Part shown: positions 16,750 to 27,157 of the stretch, piece after piece
Position numbering within the stretch: position 1 is the first letter of the stretch
Layout: each line of letters opens with the position of its first letter
Translations under genes and position numbers: made by a program
Assembly: GCA_964397255.1 (NCBI GenBank)
Contig: CAYNHQ010000004.1
Coordinates: forward strand, 186,480-250,479
Direction: 5' to 3'
From: an uncultured bacterium
Lineage (GTDB): Bacteria; Bdellovibrionota_G; JALEGL01; DATDPG01
DNA length: 64,000 nucleotides
Notes under the pieces: generated by a model
Database searches by the model: none
The model's input: the letters and a program-made list of their open reading frames with translations, nothing else
Told to the model about the DNA's origin: nothing

Positions 16750-18011
16750 CCGATGTCCTTTCGAAAACTTTTTCCCTCGAACGCGATCTTGTCCGCGGCG
16801 CGATACGCCGCGGTTTGAGCTTCTTGGAGATTTTTGCCCAGGCCCGTGATTGCGAACACTCGCCCCCCCGAAGTCACGATTTTTCCCTGATCTATCTTGG
16901 TTCCCGCATGGAAAACAATTGCATCCTTGGCCGCGCCTCCTAAGCCGGAAACGATTTTCCCGGTTTGGGGAGATTGTGGGTATCCATTTGATGCCAGGAC
17001 GACGGTCATCGCCGACTCATTCTTCCAGACAATGCCGGAACCATCTAGTCTTCCTCTGGTCGCGTTTAATAGAAGTTCGGCCAGGTCCGATTCAAGCCTA
17101 GGTAAAATGGCTTCGGTTTCGGGATCGCCGAAACGCGCATTGAATTCCAAGACTTTGGGTCCCTGTTTTGTCAACATGAGACCGGCATAGAGGATTCCCG
17201 TAAAAGGCGTCTTTCGGGTGACCAGAGTTTGAAGAATCGGTCGGACAATCTTCTCTTCCGTCTCCTTTTGTATGGCTCCCGAAAAAATCGGTGCGGGAGA
17301 ATAGGCTCCCATTCCACCTGTATTGGGGCCTTGGTCACCATCCAGCAACCGCTTGTGGTCTTGAGCGCTAGCCAGAGAGGCGAAATCGGTGCCATGGGCA
17401 ATCACCAAGAACGATGCTTCTTCGCCTTCCAAAAATTCTTCGGCGACAATATTCGAGCCGGCGTTGCCATAAATTTTCTTTTCCATCACATCAGAGACGA
17501 AGGTAAGGGCTTCTTCTTTTGTTCCAGCTACGAGCACGCCCTTTCCCGCAGCTAAGCCATCCGCTTTGAGAACGAGAGGATATTGGGAAGAGGAGAGATG
17601 TTCACATGCTTCGGTTGCCGAAAAAAGGCGCTTGAATCCTGCGGTAGGAACTTTTGCTTCGGCCATGAGTTCTTTTGAAAATCCCTTTGAGGCTTCCACT
17701 TGTGCTGCAGCCTTTGTAGGGCCGAAGATTCGAAGATCACGCGTGCGAAATTGATCGACGATTCCCTCTGCAAGTGGCTTTTCGGGGCCCACGACCGTTA
17801 AATCGATTCCCTCTGTGGAAGCGAAGGCCAAAAGAGCAGGAATATCGTCGGAAGCAATCGGCGTGTTTTGGTTTTTTGGAACGAGACTCGTTCCAGGATT
17901 TCCCGGCGCCGTGAAAATGTCTGTGACCAATGGACTTTGCGACAGTTTCCAAGTCAGAGCGTGTTCCCGCCCCCCATTTCCGACGACCAATACCCTCATG
18001 AGCGGGCGCAA
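16734..18011 (-). CDS. purD: Phosphoribosylamine--glycine ligase
   Basis: MRVLVVGNGGREHAL... GARS N-terminal, ATP-grasp and C-terminal domains. Start may be Met1 or Met6. Confidence 0.9.
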   Translation of the reverse strand: MRPLMRVLVVGNGGREHALTWKLSQSPLVTDIFTAPGNPGTSLVPKNQNTPIASDDIPALLAFASTEGIDLTVVGPEKPLAEGIVDQFRTRDLRIFGPTKAAAQVEASKGFSKELMAEAKVPTAGFKRLFSATEACEHLSSSQYPLVLKADGLAAGKGVLVAGTKEEALTFVSDVMEKKIYGNAGSNIVAEEFLEGEEASFLVIAHGTDFASLASAQDHKRLLDGDQGPNTGGMGAYSPAPIFSGAIQKETEEKIVRPILQTLVTRKTPFTGILYAGLMLTKQGPKVLEFNARFGDPETEAILPRLESDLAELLLNATRGRLDGSGIVWKNESAMTVVLASNGYPQSPQTGKIVSGLGGAAKDAIVFHAGTKIDQGKIVTSGGRVFAITGLGKNLQEAQTAAYRAADKIAFEGKSFRKDIGWRAL

Positions 18012-18141
18012 ATTACCCGGTTTGTATCGAAAAGAAAAAGGTTACGTTAGTTGCTAAGATCCTCGCATTTGGGCAGACCGGAGGAAGAAAGCGACCCCTT
18101 CTGCCGTAACGCCGATTAGAAAAAATAAAATAACGAAAGCC

Positions 18142-18624
18142 TTACAATGGCTGTTCACTGAATGTCATCACCTTCCACTCGCCGCCGACCAATTTAAGAG
18201 TGGCATGATGCTTTGCTTCGATCACACGAGGACTACCTCCCATGGCGCTCGAACGATGATCGGTTTGTATGGCGTCGACGGTTGCTTCGTCACCCGTAAT
18301 GACTTTTGTAATATTGCGGTAGGTGGTTCCATCAGATGTGCCTCTGGCCTCTCGAAGCATTTCCTTTCCGCCATCCGACATTTTACCCATGAGACCGGGT
18401 GCGCCCGCTTGCCCGCGCGAAATCGTGCGTTCACTTTTGTAGGTTTGCATGAGGGCGTTTGCGTCGCCCATCGACATCGTCATGGCTGCGTCGTATTGAT
18501 CCGCGGCGATGGCAGCGGCGAAGTGTTTATAGGCGATGACCGCAGGCGGGTCTGCCTTGTAGACATATTGGTATGCGTAGTAACCGCCACCGCCCAAAAG
18601 CGCGAGGAAAAAAAGCATTTTCAT
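18142..18624 (-). CDS. Hypothetical membrane-anchored/secreted protein
   Basis: N-terminal hydrophobic segment MKMLFFLALLGGGGYYAYQYV. No recognisable domain. Confidence 0.4.
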   Translation of the reverse strand: MKMLFFLALLGGGGYYAYQYVYKADPPAVIAYKHFAAAIAADQYDAAMTMSMGDANALMQTYKSERTISRGQAGAPGLMGKMSDGGKEMLREARGTSDGTTYRNITKVITGDEATVDAIQTDHRSSAMGGSPRVIEAKHHATLKLVGGEWKVMTFSEQPL

Positions 18625-18695
18625 GATTCACCTCCCTTTGAAAGATTACCTCCATTGAATCTTGAATCGCGGACAGGGGTCAACGAAAATTGATT

Positions 18696-20966
18696 TTAGC
18701 GAGTGGCTTCCAAGAGGGCGCGCCAGGGTGGCATGTAGCGAGGCTCGATTTGAAGCGACTCTCGCCATTTTGCGATGGCTTCTGCCTTGTCTTTCTTGGC
18801 CATTGCAATATCTCCCAAACCCGCCAGCGCGCGATAGTTCCAAAGAGAGTCCTTTGCCGCCGTATTGAACTCAGTAGAAGCGTCGTTCCATTTCTTCATT
18901 TTGAGGTAGGTCATTCCGAGCCAATAGTGGGACATGGCGCTTACCGGATCATTCTTCACGGCTTGTCGAAAAGCTGTTGCCGCCGCGTCCCAGTTCTTCA
19001 GGGCGAATTGGGTTCGTCCCCAATAAATATGGGGATATTCGAGAGAGGGTGCCAATTCACGCGCACGCTGAAAGGGTCGAAGCGCCGAACGAATTTTCTC
19101 CACATTTTGCTCCGCTTCGCCTTGCGTAAGTCGAAGAAGGCCCAAAAGAGCATGCGCCGTCGGCTCCGTCGCTCGCGAATCTACGAGTGACGAAAATCGG
19201 TGATCCAATGTGCTCCAGGGTGGGCTCCATTCTTCCATGGAGGGAGAGTCCCAGAGGTCCGACACGGGAGCCAGACCCGCCTTCGTAGCAGCCGCGCTCG
19301 CCACATCTAAAGCTTCATCCGGCTCACTCTTTTGCAGGATGAGTCGAGCCAAAAAGAAATAGGGAAGAATCCAATTGGGAGCGATGGAGAGAGTCTCGCG
19401 ATAACCTCGTAACGCTTCATTCACGGTCGCGAATCTTTCCTGTGTTCGGGCGAGAGCTAGACGAAGCTCGGAGTTATTGGGTTCCGTCTTACTCGCGTCT
19501 CCAAGCGTGGCCAACGCCTCGCTTGGACTGCCCAACGCCTCGAGTACGGATGCGCGAGAGATGGCAAATTGTGGAGAGGAAGCGAGAAGAGGTGGGAATT
19601 GATCGACAAGATCTTTGGCTTCTCCAGGACGGCGAGTACGCAGGAGAATTCGAGTCAACATTCGCTGGGCACCGAAAATTTCCGACGTATGGGCGAATCG
19701 CCGGTAACGCGTCAGGATTTCACGTAAGTGCCGCTCGACTATGGGATGGGCCTCCTCTTCATTTTGGAGAAGACGACAGAGGGCAAGGCGGCTCGGAACA
19801 AAACTCGGCTCGGCTCGAAGCGACTCCTGATACCACTCCATCGCTGCGGATTGGTTTTCGGCGCGTTCATCCAGAAGCCCCATTCGATAGGGTGCGGCGG
19901 GATCGTTGGGAGCGCGGGTCATACGCTGTTCAAAGAAACCGCGCGCTTGATCAGGTTCCCCCCGAAGAAAATAACCCATTCCCGCGACGTCATATCCTTC
20001 CAAAAGGGTGGGATCGGTTTGCAAACCTTGGGTCGCCTTTGAAATGGCGAGTGAAATTTCCTGAGGTTCTTTCGCCTTTGCCAGCAAAATGGCTGCATAC
20101 GTGATGAGAAGCGCCCCGCTTCTTGGAAAAAGGGTTTCTGCTTTTTGTGCCGCCTCAAGTGCTAAGGAGAAGTTGTTTGCAGATAATGCACTTCGAATTT
20201 TTGCAATGTAACCTTCGGGCTGATTCGGACTAATCGATAGAGCGAGGTCGGCAATATCAAGCGCTGTCACTTGCAATCGAGGTTCATCACCCAACTCGGA
20301 AGAATAGGCGTACGCCACCGCAAGATTCCCAAGGAGATTCCCATTTTCCGGATCGAGTGTGAGCGCCTGTTCCAAAAGACGCCGTGCCGATTCATAGGCT
20401 TCCGGATGGTTACTTTGCAGGAGCGCTTTTCCATTCTCGAAAAGTACATCGGCGGAACGATTGGCGGCGGGTATTTGCTCCCGAAGTTGAGCTACAAGCT
20501 TATCCCTGAGGGGAAAAGTGGAATGGGAGGTAGGTTGATATCGAACCACGCGGTAGAGCGTCCAAGCGATGGCGCTGGAGAGAAGAGCGACAAGAAAGAA
20601 TTGGAAAAACCACCGGGACGAGAATGAAAATCGCCCAAAACTTTTAAGCGGCGATATGGTGGCTGCTTGGCGATATCGCAGGGTTCGAAATGCATCCTGA
20701 AACGCGCGCAATGCGTTCGCTTGGCTCCGGTTGCCGTCGGGAAGGACGATCAAATCCGTCGGGAGAATGAGTCCTTGAAGGATCCACTGGCGTACTGCTC
20801 CTTCGGATTCGAGTTCAAAGTCTTTGCCTTCTTTGATGACTTTCCAGACCGAGCGAGTTTCCGGTTCAATCTCAATCCCGGGATCGGTGCGACAATCAGG
20901 ACAGACGGGGATGATATCATCCGCTTCTCCCTCAAATTGCGTTCCGCAGCTGATACAGGTACGCAT
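18696..20966 (-). CDS. Zinc-ribbon / TM / TPR-repeat protein
   Basis: N-terminus CISCGTQFEGEADDIIPVCPDC (zinc ribbon). TM segment FFQFFLVALLSSAIAWTLY. Multiple TPR-like repeats in the C-terminal 550 aa. Confidence 0.55.
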   Translation of the reverse strand: MRTCISCGTQFEGEADDIIPVCPDCRTDPGIEIEPETRSVWKVIKEGKDFELESEGAVRQWILQGLILPTDLIVLPDGNRSQANALRAFQDAFRTLRYRQAATISPLKSFGRFSFSSRWFFQFFLVALLSSAIAWTLYRVVRYQPTSHSTFPLRDKLVAQLREQIPAANRSADVLFENGKALLQSNHPEAYESARRLLEQALTLDPENGNLLGNLAVAYAYSSELGDEPRLQVTALDIADLALSISPNQPEGYIAKIRSALSANNFSLALEAAQKAETLFPRSGALLITYAAILLAKAKEPQEISLAISKATQGLQTDPTLLEGYDVAGMGYFLRGEPDQARGFFEQRMTRAPNDPAAPYRMGLLDERAENQSAAMEWYQESLRAEPSFVPSRLALCRLLQNEEEAHPIVERHLREILTRYRRFAHTSEIFGAQRMLTRILLRTRRPGEAKDLVDQFPPLLASSPQFAISRASVLEALGSPSEALATLGDASKTEPNNSELRLALARTQERFATVNEALRGYRETLSIAPNWILPYFFLARLILQKSEPDEALDVASAAATKAGLAPVSDLWDSPSMEEWSPPWSTLDHRFSSLVDSRATEPTAHALLGLLRLTQGEAEQNVEKIRSALRPFQRARELAPSLEYPHIYWGRTQFALKNWDAAATAFRQAVKNDPVSAMSHYWLGMTYLKMKKWNDASTEFNTAAKDSLWNYRALAGLGDIAMAKKDKAEAIAKWRESLQIEPRYMPPWRALLEATR

Positions 20967-21000
20967 TCAGCAAGCATACCAAAGTAGATGGAGGGTTACG

Positions 21001-22299
21001 ATGAAGCTCTTCGCTGACCGGATAGAAGATTTAGGCACCGAAAATGCCTTTAAGGTGGGACCCTATATAAAGGAAGTGGAAAACACCGGTCACAGGGTCA
21101 TCAAGTGCAACCTTGGGGAGCCCGATTTTCCGTTGGCGAAGCATATTGCCGCGGAGGTCAAAAGGCAGATTGATCGAGACTTGACTCATTATGTGGATCC
21201 GCAGGGAATTCTCCCGTTACGCGAAACCGTGGCCAACGATGTGGGCAAAAAAAGAGGCCTCCACATCAATCCCGATCGTGTGGTTGTTTTTCCAGGGGCT
21301 AAACCATCCATTGGATTTTGCCAGCACGCCTATTGTAATCCGGGAGAAGAAGTTATTTATCCGAGTCCCGGATATCCGATTTACGAATCGTTTACGAAGT
21401 ATGTCGGGGCGAAACCCATTCCACTGCATTTGGAAGAAGAAAATGGATTTAGCTTCACAGGCGATGAACTGGCGCCACTCATCAGCCCACGAACGAAATT
21501 AATCATCCTCAACTTCCCCTCCAATCCTACGGGAGGCGTGGCCACCCGAGATCAGCTCAAAGGAATAGCGGAGGTGATTCGAAAAAAAGCGCCCGAGCAT
21601 GCGAGAATTTATTCCGACGAGGTGTACGAGAACATCTTGTTTGATGGTGCAAGGCATGTATCCATTGCGTCTCTCCCCGGCATGGATGAAAGAACGATCA
21701 TTGCGTCGGGCGCATCGAAATCCTATTCGTGGACGGGAGGCCGGATCGGCTGGGCCATCTTTCCGACAAAAGAGGAAGCAGCGATATTTAAAAATCTCAA
21801 TATCAACTACTTCTCTTGCATTCCGGCGTACAACCAGTTTGGGGCGAAAGTCGCGATCGAGTCCAAAGAAAGCGTCATTTCCATACGCAAAATGGTGCAT
21901 GCCTTTGAGGAGAGGCGAAACCTCGTGCTGAAGGGGCTCAATTCCATCCAGGGGATCACCTGTCAGACTCCCAAGGGAGCCTTTTATGTCTTTCCCAATA
22001 TTCGTGAAGTTTGCGAATCCATTGGAGCGATTGAGGCCTATCCAAAACTGGACCCTCTGACACGATCTCATTCGAGTCCTTCGACACTTTTTCAGATGTT
22101 CCTGCTTTACCGGTATCAGGTCGCGACGATGGACCGACGATCATTCGGAAGTATTGGAAGTGAGGATATGCACTTTCTTCGAATTTCGGTCGCGACGGGC
22201 AAGAAGGACCTCGAAGAGACACTGGACCGTATTCGAAAAGCATCGACCGACCGCATGGGATTTGCCGCCTTCATGAAGGAAGGGGGAAGGCTCTATTAA
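21001..22299 (+). CDS. Pyridoxal-phosphate-dependent aminotransferase, class I/II (aspartate/aromatic aminotransferase-like)
   Basis: PLP-lysine region IASGASKSYSWTGGRIGW and NPTGGV motif. Start at the internal ATG (MKLFADRIEDLG) preceded by ggaggg. The track ORF from 20824 uses a TTG start with an extension overlapping the divergent gene. Confidence 0.8.
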   Translation: MKLFADRIEDLGTENAFKVGPYIKEVENTGHRVIKCNLGEPDFPLAKHIAAEVKRQIDRDLTHYVDPQGILPLRETVANDVGKKRGLHINPDRVVVFPGAKPSIGFCQHAYCNPGEEVIYPSPGYPIYESFTKYVGAKPIPLHLEEENGFSFTGDELAPLISPRTKLIILNFPSNPTGGVATRDQLKGIAEVIRKKAPEHARIYSDEVYENILFDGARHVSIASLPGMDERTIIASGASKSYSWTGGRIGWAIFPTKEEAAIFKNLNINYFSCIPAYNQFGAKVAIESKESVISIRKMVHAFEERRNLVLKGLNSIQGITCQTPKGAFYVFPNIREVCESIGAIEAYPKLDPLTRSHSSPSTLFQMFLLYRYQVATMDRRSFGSIGSEDMHFLRISVATGKKDLEETLDRIRKASTDRMGFAAFMKEGGRLY

Positions 22300-23861
22300 T
22301 GTTTGAAGTGGCGAACGCCGGTAAAAATCATCGCGATATGGTGATCATTGGCGGCTTGAACAACCTCTTCGTCCCGAATGGATCCTCCCGGCTGGACAAT
22401 CGCTGTCACGCCGTACTTGGCCACTTCATCGATGGAATCGCGGAAGGGAAAGAAGGCATCCGAAGCAAGTGCGAAGCCTTTGAGTTTAATGGATTCCGCT
22501 TTTAGCGCGGCGAAGCGGCTGGAATCCACTCGGCTCATTTGTCCCGCGCCGATTCCGACCGTTGCGGACTCATTGGTGAGAACAATGGCGTTGGATTTCA
22601 CATGTTTCCCGACTTTCCACGCCAGTGTCAGGGCTCGAAGTTCCGCATCAGTGGGTTTTCTTTTCGTGACGACTTTTGATTCTTTCAAATTCTCTATGCT
22701 TCGATCACGATTTTGGATCAGATATCCATCAACGGCGCGCCGGATGTCGTAGCCCCCCAACACTTTTTTGGCGGCTTCGGTATCGACTTCCAAGAGGCGA
22801 AGGTTTTTCTTTTTGGAGAAAATCTTTAAAGCTCCCTCTTCAAACTTTGGTGCGATCACAATTTCCGTAAATGTTTCCACGCAATGGGCGGCCGTTTTCT
22901 CATCCAGCGGGTGAGAAAAAACCACGATGCCGCCGAAAGCGGAAACCGGGTCACAGGCTAGAGCCCGATCATACGCTTCGCCCAAGGATGTTTCCGACGT
23001 TCCCACCCCGCAGGGGTTGGTATGTTTTAAAATGGCTACCGCACGAACGTTTTCGAATTCGGTAATGAGATCAAGCGCGCCATGGACATCCATCAAATTG
23101 TTGTAGGAAAGAGCTTTTCCCTGAAGAACTCGTTCGAGAACCGTCACTCCCTGTGCGGCGGCCGGAAGATAAAATCCGGCCTTTTGGTGAGGATTTTCGC
23201 CGTAACGCATTTCCCATTTTTCTTGAAGTCCAAGTGCATAGCGCTTGGGCATCTCTTCTTCTTCGCCGCGGAAAAAAGCGGAGATGGTGGCGTCGTACTC
23301 GGCGGTTCGTTCAAAAACAGAACGAGCGCAATTCCTCCGAAATTCCAGCGTCGTCGCACCTTGATAATCTTCGAACTCTTTCAAGAACGTTTCGTACTGC
23401 GCCGGTTCAATGAGTACAGTTACGAAGGGGAAATTTTTCGCGGCCGAGCGAAGCATCGTCGGTCCGCCGATATCGATTTGCTCCACAATGTCATGAAACT
23501 GATTTTTCGGATTCTTGAGGGCCGATTCAAAGGGATACAGATTCACGACCACCAAATCGATCGGGACGAATTTCTGCGCCTCCAATTGTTTCATATGTTC
23601 GGCATTGTCTCGAATCGCAAGAAGGCCGCCGTGGACCTTGGGATGAAGGGTTTTGAGTCGTCCATCCAGCATTTCAGGCGCACCGGTGAAATTAGACACG
23701 TCGCGGACCGGGATTCCCTTTTCCGCCAGGAACTTCGCCGTTCCCCCTGACGAGAGAATTTCCACATCCCGTTTCGTAAGGGCGCGGGCCAACTCTTCGA
23801 GGCCGGACTTGTCACTCACACTTAAAATGGCTCTTCGGATAGGGATTCGATCACTTGTCAT
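22296..23861 (-). CDS. purH: Bifunctional AICAR transformylase / IMP cyclohydrolase
   Basis: MGS-like N-terminus ALTKRDVEILSSGGTAKFLAEKGIPV plus AICARFT domain. Confidence 0.9.
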   Translation of the reverse strand: MTSDRIPIRRAILSVSDKSGLEELARALTKRDVEILSSGGTAKFLAEKGIPVRDVSNFTGAPEMLDGRLKTLHPKVHGGLLAIRDNAEHMKQLEAQKFVPIDLVVVNLYPFESALKNPKNQFHDIVEQIDIGGPTMLRSAAKNFPFVTVLIEPAQYETFLKEFEDYQGATTLEFRRNCARSVFERTAEYDATISAFFRGEEEEMPKRYALGLQEKWEMRYGENPHQKAGFYLPAAAQGVTVLERVLQGKALSYNNLMDVHGALDLITEFENVRAVAILKHTNPCGVGTSETSLGEAYDRALACDPVSAFGGIVVFSHPLDEKTAAHCVETFTEIVIAPKFEEGALKIFSKKKNLRLLEVDTEAAKKVLGGYDIRRAVDGYLIQNRDRSIENLKESKVVTKRKPTDAELRALTLAWKVGKHVKSNAIVLTNESATVGIGAGQMSRVDSSRFAALKAESIKLKGFALASDAFFPFRDSIDEVAKYGVTAIVQPGGSIRDEEVVQAANDHHIAMIFTGVRHFKH

Positions 23862-23915
23862 GGCGCGCCTTTTACCCGAAAAAAAAGGAAAGAAAAGGGG
23901 GAAAAAGAGAGAAGA

Positions 23916-24911
23916 TTAATGAATGCTAGCGAGAATCAGCTCGGACTTCTCACGATTTTGGGAATCATCATACATCGCGAGAGCAGTGAGGCTCTTGTCG
24001 ACCTCGTCTAATTTCACCGCGATGGCATAGCGTGTAGTAGAAGTGTCGTTCTTTTCCGCACGAATCGTCAACAATCGACCCTTCCGAGATCGGCTGGGTC
24101 CGATAGGAATTTCTTCTTCGTCTATACTCTCACTCGATTTCAGAACGATCATATTTTCAGGTGGAACGCTCCCCACAACGACGCGAATCCCGGGCATGGA
24201 AAATTCTCCCAAAAGGCCTTTCTCAGTGAGTGCCTGATAATCCATTTCCTGCGGAACCATGACGCGCCAACGATCGGCAAAATTCACATACTTCCAACCT
24301 TTCGCGACCATCCCCGGCGAGAGCTGATCGACGCGCGGTTTAGCATGTGGACTTTCTGAGCGCCTCGTCGCGGCTTTTCCGGTCATCACCCCATTTCCAA
24401 TTCGAACAGAAATGGGTGAGCTAGGGAGGCTTTTCTCGCCATTTGCGCTCGAAGCGACAGCGAACAAATAATAGGTTCCCGTTTTTCCCTCGGGAATGTC
24501 TATCGTGATTTCCCCTGGCTCTTCGATGCTGGCAAGCAGTTCGGCTTCTTTCGAATTCTTTTCGCTGGGGGGATGTTCTGACCCATAGAGGGTATATTCA
24601 ATTTTCTCCGAATGATTGGATTCGTTTCCGTTTACGTGAAGTCTATAGTGAATGCTTAATTCGGTACTTTCCGTCCCGCATGAACGGGTTTCCGATTCTT
24701 CGACGACCTCTAACTTTGGTGCCGAGATACCTGATTTCGTAGGAAGTGAATTCGTCGGGTGAGAACTTGGGGAGTTCGTAATCGTAGAATGCGACTCGGG
24801 GCGAATTCCAGCTTGAGCGACAGGCCCGGCGGTTGGTTTATTATGCGTTGATCCGCAGCCAAATAGACTAAAGCAAAGCGCAAGGGCGATCGTGTAGGGG
24901 GCCGACCTCAT
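23916..24911 (-). CDS. Hypothetical lipoprotein
   Basis: Lipobox LFGC after a signal peptide. Ser/Pro-rich N-terminal region. No domain recognised. Confidence 0.45.
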   Translation of the reverse strand: MRSAPYTIALALCFSLFGCGSTHNKPTAGPVAQAGIRPESHSTITNSPSSHPTNSLPTKSGISAPKLEVVEESETRSCGTESTELSIHYRLHVNGNESNHSEKIEYTLYGSEHPPSEKNSKEAELLASIEEPGEITIDIPEGKTGTYYLFAVASSANGEKSLPSSPISVRIGNGVMTGKAATRRSESPHAKPRVDQLSPGMVAKGWKYVNFADRWRVMVPQEMDYQALTEKGLLGEFSMPGIRVVVGSVPPENMIVLKSSESIDEEEIPIGPSRSRKGRLLTIRAEKNDTSTTRYAIAVKLDEVDKSLTALAMYDDSQNREKSELILASIH

Positions 24912-24967
24912 ACACTTCGGCCTTATAGCGCATCGCGCTATGAAGTCAAGGTTTGCTATCGCGATGA

Positions 24968-26401
24968 CTAAAACTTCGCGGCGCCGCCGGCAGAGGCGGC
25001 GATGGCCTTTAAGTCGCTGTCATAAAACTGAATTCCGAGGCCGAAAAACGGATTCTTTTTGGACGCCTTTGTGATCAGGTCATCCACACCTCCGGTAAAC
25101 AAGAGATGTTTGTAAAGGACGAGTGTTCCATATGCGCGCAGGTGCGCCCGGTCAAAGTCGCGGGAGAAATCAAATCCTTCAAATGAGACGATAAATTTAT
25201 CTCGCAGGAGATGATAGTCGAGGCCAATCCCCGCGCGAGAACGCATCAAACCCACTCGGGCGGTGAGATCCCACAAACGTTTAGCGTAAAAAAGGCTTAA
25301 GAGGAGATTATCGTTGGTTTGAATCGTCTGTGTGGTCGTTACCGGCACACCGTTAGAGAGAACCACCGTATCGGTCACGCGCGCGACTCCCACCGGGGCG
25401 GAGACAAATTCAAGCATTACGTATTGATCGGGCGTGGGCGCGACCGAAATTCCGATCAAACTTTGCAGCTCCTGCGCGCCGGTAAGCCACTCCCCCCGAT
25501 AGCGAATCCCGAGCTGAATTTTGCGAAAAACACCGAGCGTGTCGTTCACGGTGTCGATGGCTTGGTTCAAATTGTTGACGGTGGTTTCGTCATTGACCAG
25601 TTTGCCGATCGTCCCCTCTCCTTTGTCGATCTTGTCCGCCACGCGCTGAAGCGAAGCCATGGTCGAATCGAGGTTGTCGGCCGCTTTTCGGAACGATCCA
25701 TCTTTTCCAAGCACTTCCTTTAGACTCGACAACGTATCACTCATGGAAACGAGGACATTGTGAATGTCGTCCTTGTTTTCGCCCGTGATATCTTTGAGGT
25801 CACTCGTAAATGAATCGACGTTAGCCATGATCCTGTTGAATCGGCCCTCGTTCTCACCCACCATGTCTTTAATTTGTTTTGTAGTATCGCGAAGGTTCAC
25901 AATCACCTGGCCCAGCGCCCCTTTGGGGTTGTCCGACTCGACCAGCGACTTTACAAGGTCGGCGGTCTCCGCCAGGGAGCTTGTCAGGCGCTCGAGATCT
26001 CCCTGCGAAAATGTCTTTGGAATCTCGTCGCCATCCCCCAAGAGCGCGGCATCCGGCGTGCCGGGATTCAGCATGAGGAATCGATCCCCCAGAATTCCAC
26101 GGTCGCGAACGCTGAGCGAACTGTTGGCGTAGACTTTTACATCCTTTCGTACCCGAACAATGACGCGAGCTCGGCCGTCCACGAGATCAATCGATTGAAT
26201 GAAACCGGCTGGAATGCCCGATACTTCCACCGGAACTTTTCGGACGAGACCGCTTACCGACTGGAAATACGCACGATAACTGTTGGCCGAGCCACCGACC
26301 GTTCCTCGGTCGTTGATCTGGAGCGACATATAAATGATGATCAGGAGGCCAAGAAGTGCGAAGGTGCCCACCGTGAATTCAGTTGTAAGAAAGCGCCTCA
26401 T
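24968..26401 (-). CDS. mlaD: MlaD/MCE-domain protein with long C-terminal extension
   Basis: N-terminal TM plus MCE domain (VSGLVRKVPVEVSGIPAGFIQSIDLVDGRARV). Extra ~300 aa C-terminal region. TGA/ATG overlap with mlaF. Confidence 0.75.
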   Translation of the reverse strand: MRRFLTTEFTVGTFALLGLLIIIYMSLQINDRGTVGGSANSYRAYFQSVSGLVRKVPVEVSGIPAGFIQSIDLVDGRARVIVRVRKDVKVYANSSLSVRDRGILGDRFLMLNPGTPDAALLGDGDEIPKTFSQGDLERLTSSLAETADLVKSLVESDNPKGALGQVIVNLRDTTKQIKDMVGENEGRFNRIMANVDSFTSDLKDITGENKDDIHNVLVSMSDTLSSLKEVLGKDGSFRKAADNLDSTMASLQRVADKIDKGEGTIGKLVNDETTVNNLNQAIDTVNDTLGVFRKIQLGIRYRGEWLTGAQELQSLIGISVAPTPDQYVMLEFVSAPVGVARVTDTVVLSNGVPVTTTQTIQTNDNLLLSLFYAKRLWDLTARVGLMRSRAGIGLDYHLLRDKFIVSFEGFDFSRDFDRAHLRAYGTLVLYKHLLFTGGVDDLITKASKKNPFFGLGIQFYDSDLKAIAASAGGAAKF

Positions 26402-27150
26402 GTCAGTGTGTTGGCCGCCAGTTGCACGTCGATGAATTGTCTCACGAACGGGTGCTTGGATCGACGAAATTGCTCCGGCGTACCCGACTCGATGATCTTC
26501 CCTTCGTACAGCATGGAAATTTGATTCGCCAATCGGAACGACAGCGAGAGATCATGGCTGATCACCACGGCGGTTACTTCATGGCGCTGATGCGTGGTCT
26601 CAATGAGTTCAGCGATTTGATCGGTGATGATGGGATCGAGGCCAGTCGTGGGCTCGTCGAAGAGAAGAATTTTCGGATTCAACATAAGCGCGCGCGCTAA
26701 CCCTACGCGCTTGCGCATACCACCGGATAGTTCGTTCGGCAACTTGTGGTTGATGTCGGTGAGTCCCACTTCCGACAATTTTTCGACTACCTGATCCAGA
26801 ATTTCTGCATCTTTCATTTCAGTGTGCTCGTACAGCGGGAAACTGACGTTTTCGAAGACGTTCATATCGTCGAAAAGAGCGGCGTCTTGAAAGAGCATTC
26901 CAAATTTTCTTCGGACGATGTTCATTTCCTTGTTCGGTAGTCCGACGATATTTTCGCCTTCCAGCAAAATTTCCCCCTGATCCGGCCGAAGGAGGCCGAT
27001 CAAATGCTTGAGCATCACCGATTTCCCAGTCCCGCTGGGTCCCATGATGACGGTGATCTTTCCCGCTTCAATGGAAAGATTCACACCTGCCAATACCTTT
27101 TGTGTTCCGAAGGTTTTGTGAAGGTTTCGTATTTCAATCAGCGGCGGCAT
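26398..27150 (-). CDS. mlaF: ABC transporter ATP-binding protein, MlaF-like
   Basis: Walker A GPSGTGKS, ABC signature LSGGMRKRVGLARAL, Walker B LLFDEPTTGLD. Confidence 0.85.
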   Translation of the reverse strand: MPPLIEIRNLHKTFGTQKVLAGVNLSIEAGKITVIMGPSGTGKSVMLKHLIGLLRPDQGEILLEGENIVGLPNKEMNIVRRKFGMLFQDAALFDDMNVFENVSFPLYEHTEMKDAEILDQVVEKLSEVGLTDINHKLPNELSGGMRKRVGLARALMLNPKILLFDEPTTGLDPIITDQIAELIETTHQRHEVTAVVISHDLSLSFRLANQISMLYEGKIIESGTPEQFRRSKHPFVRQFIDVQLAANTLT

Positions 27151-27157
27151 TGATTCA

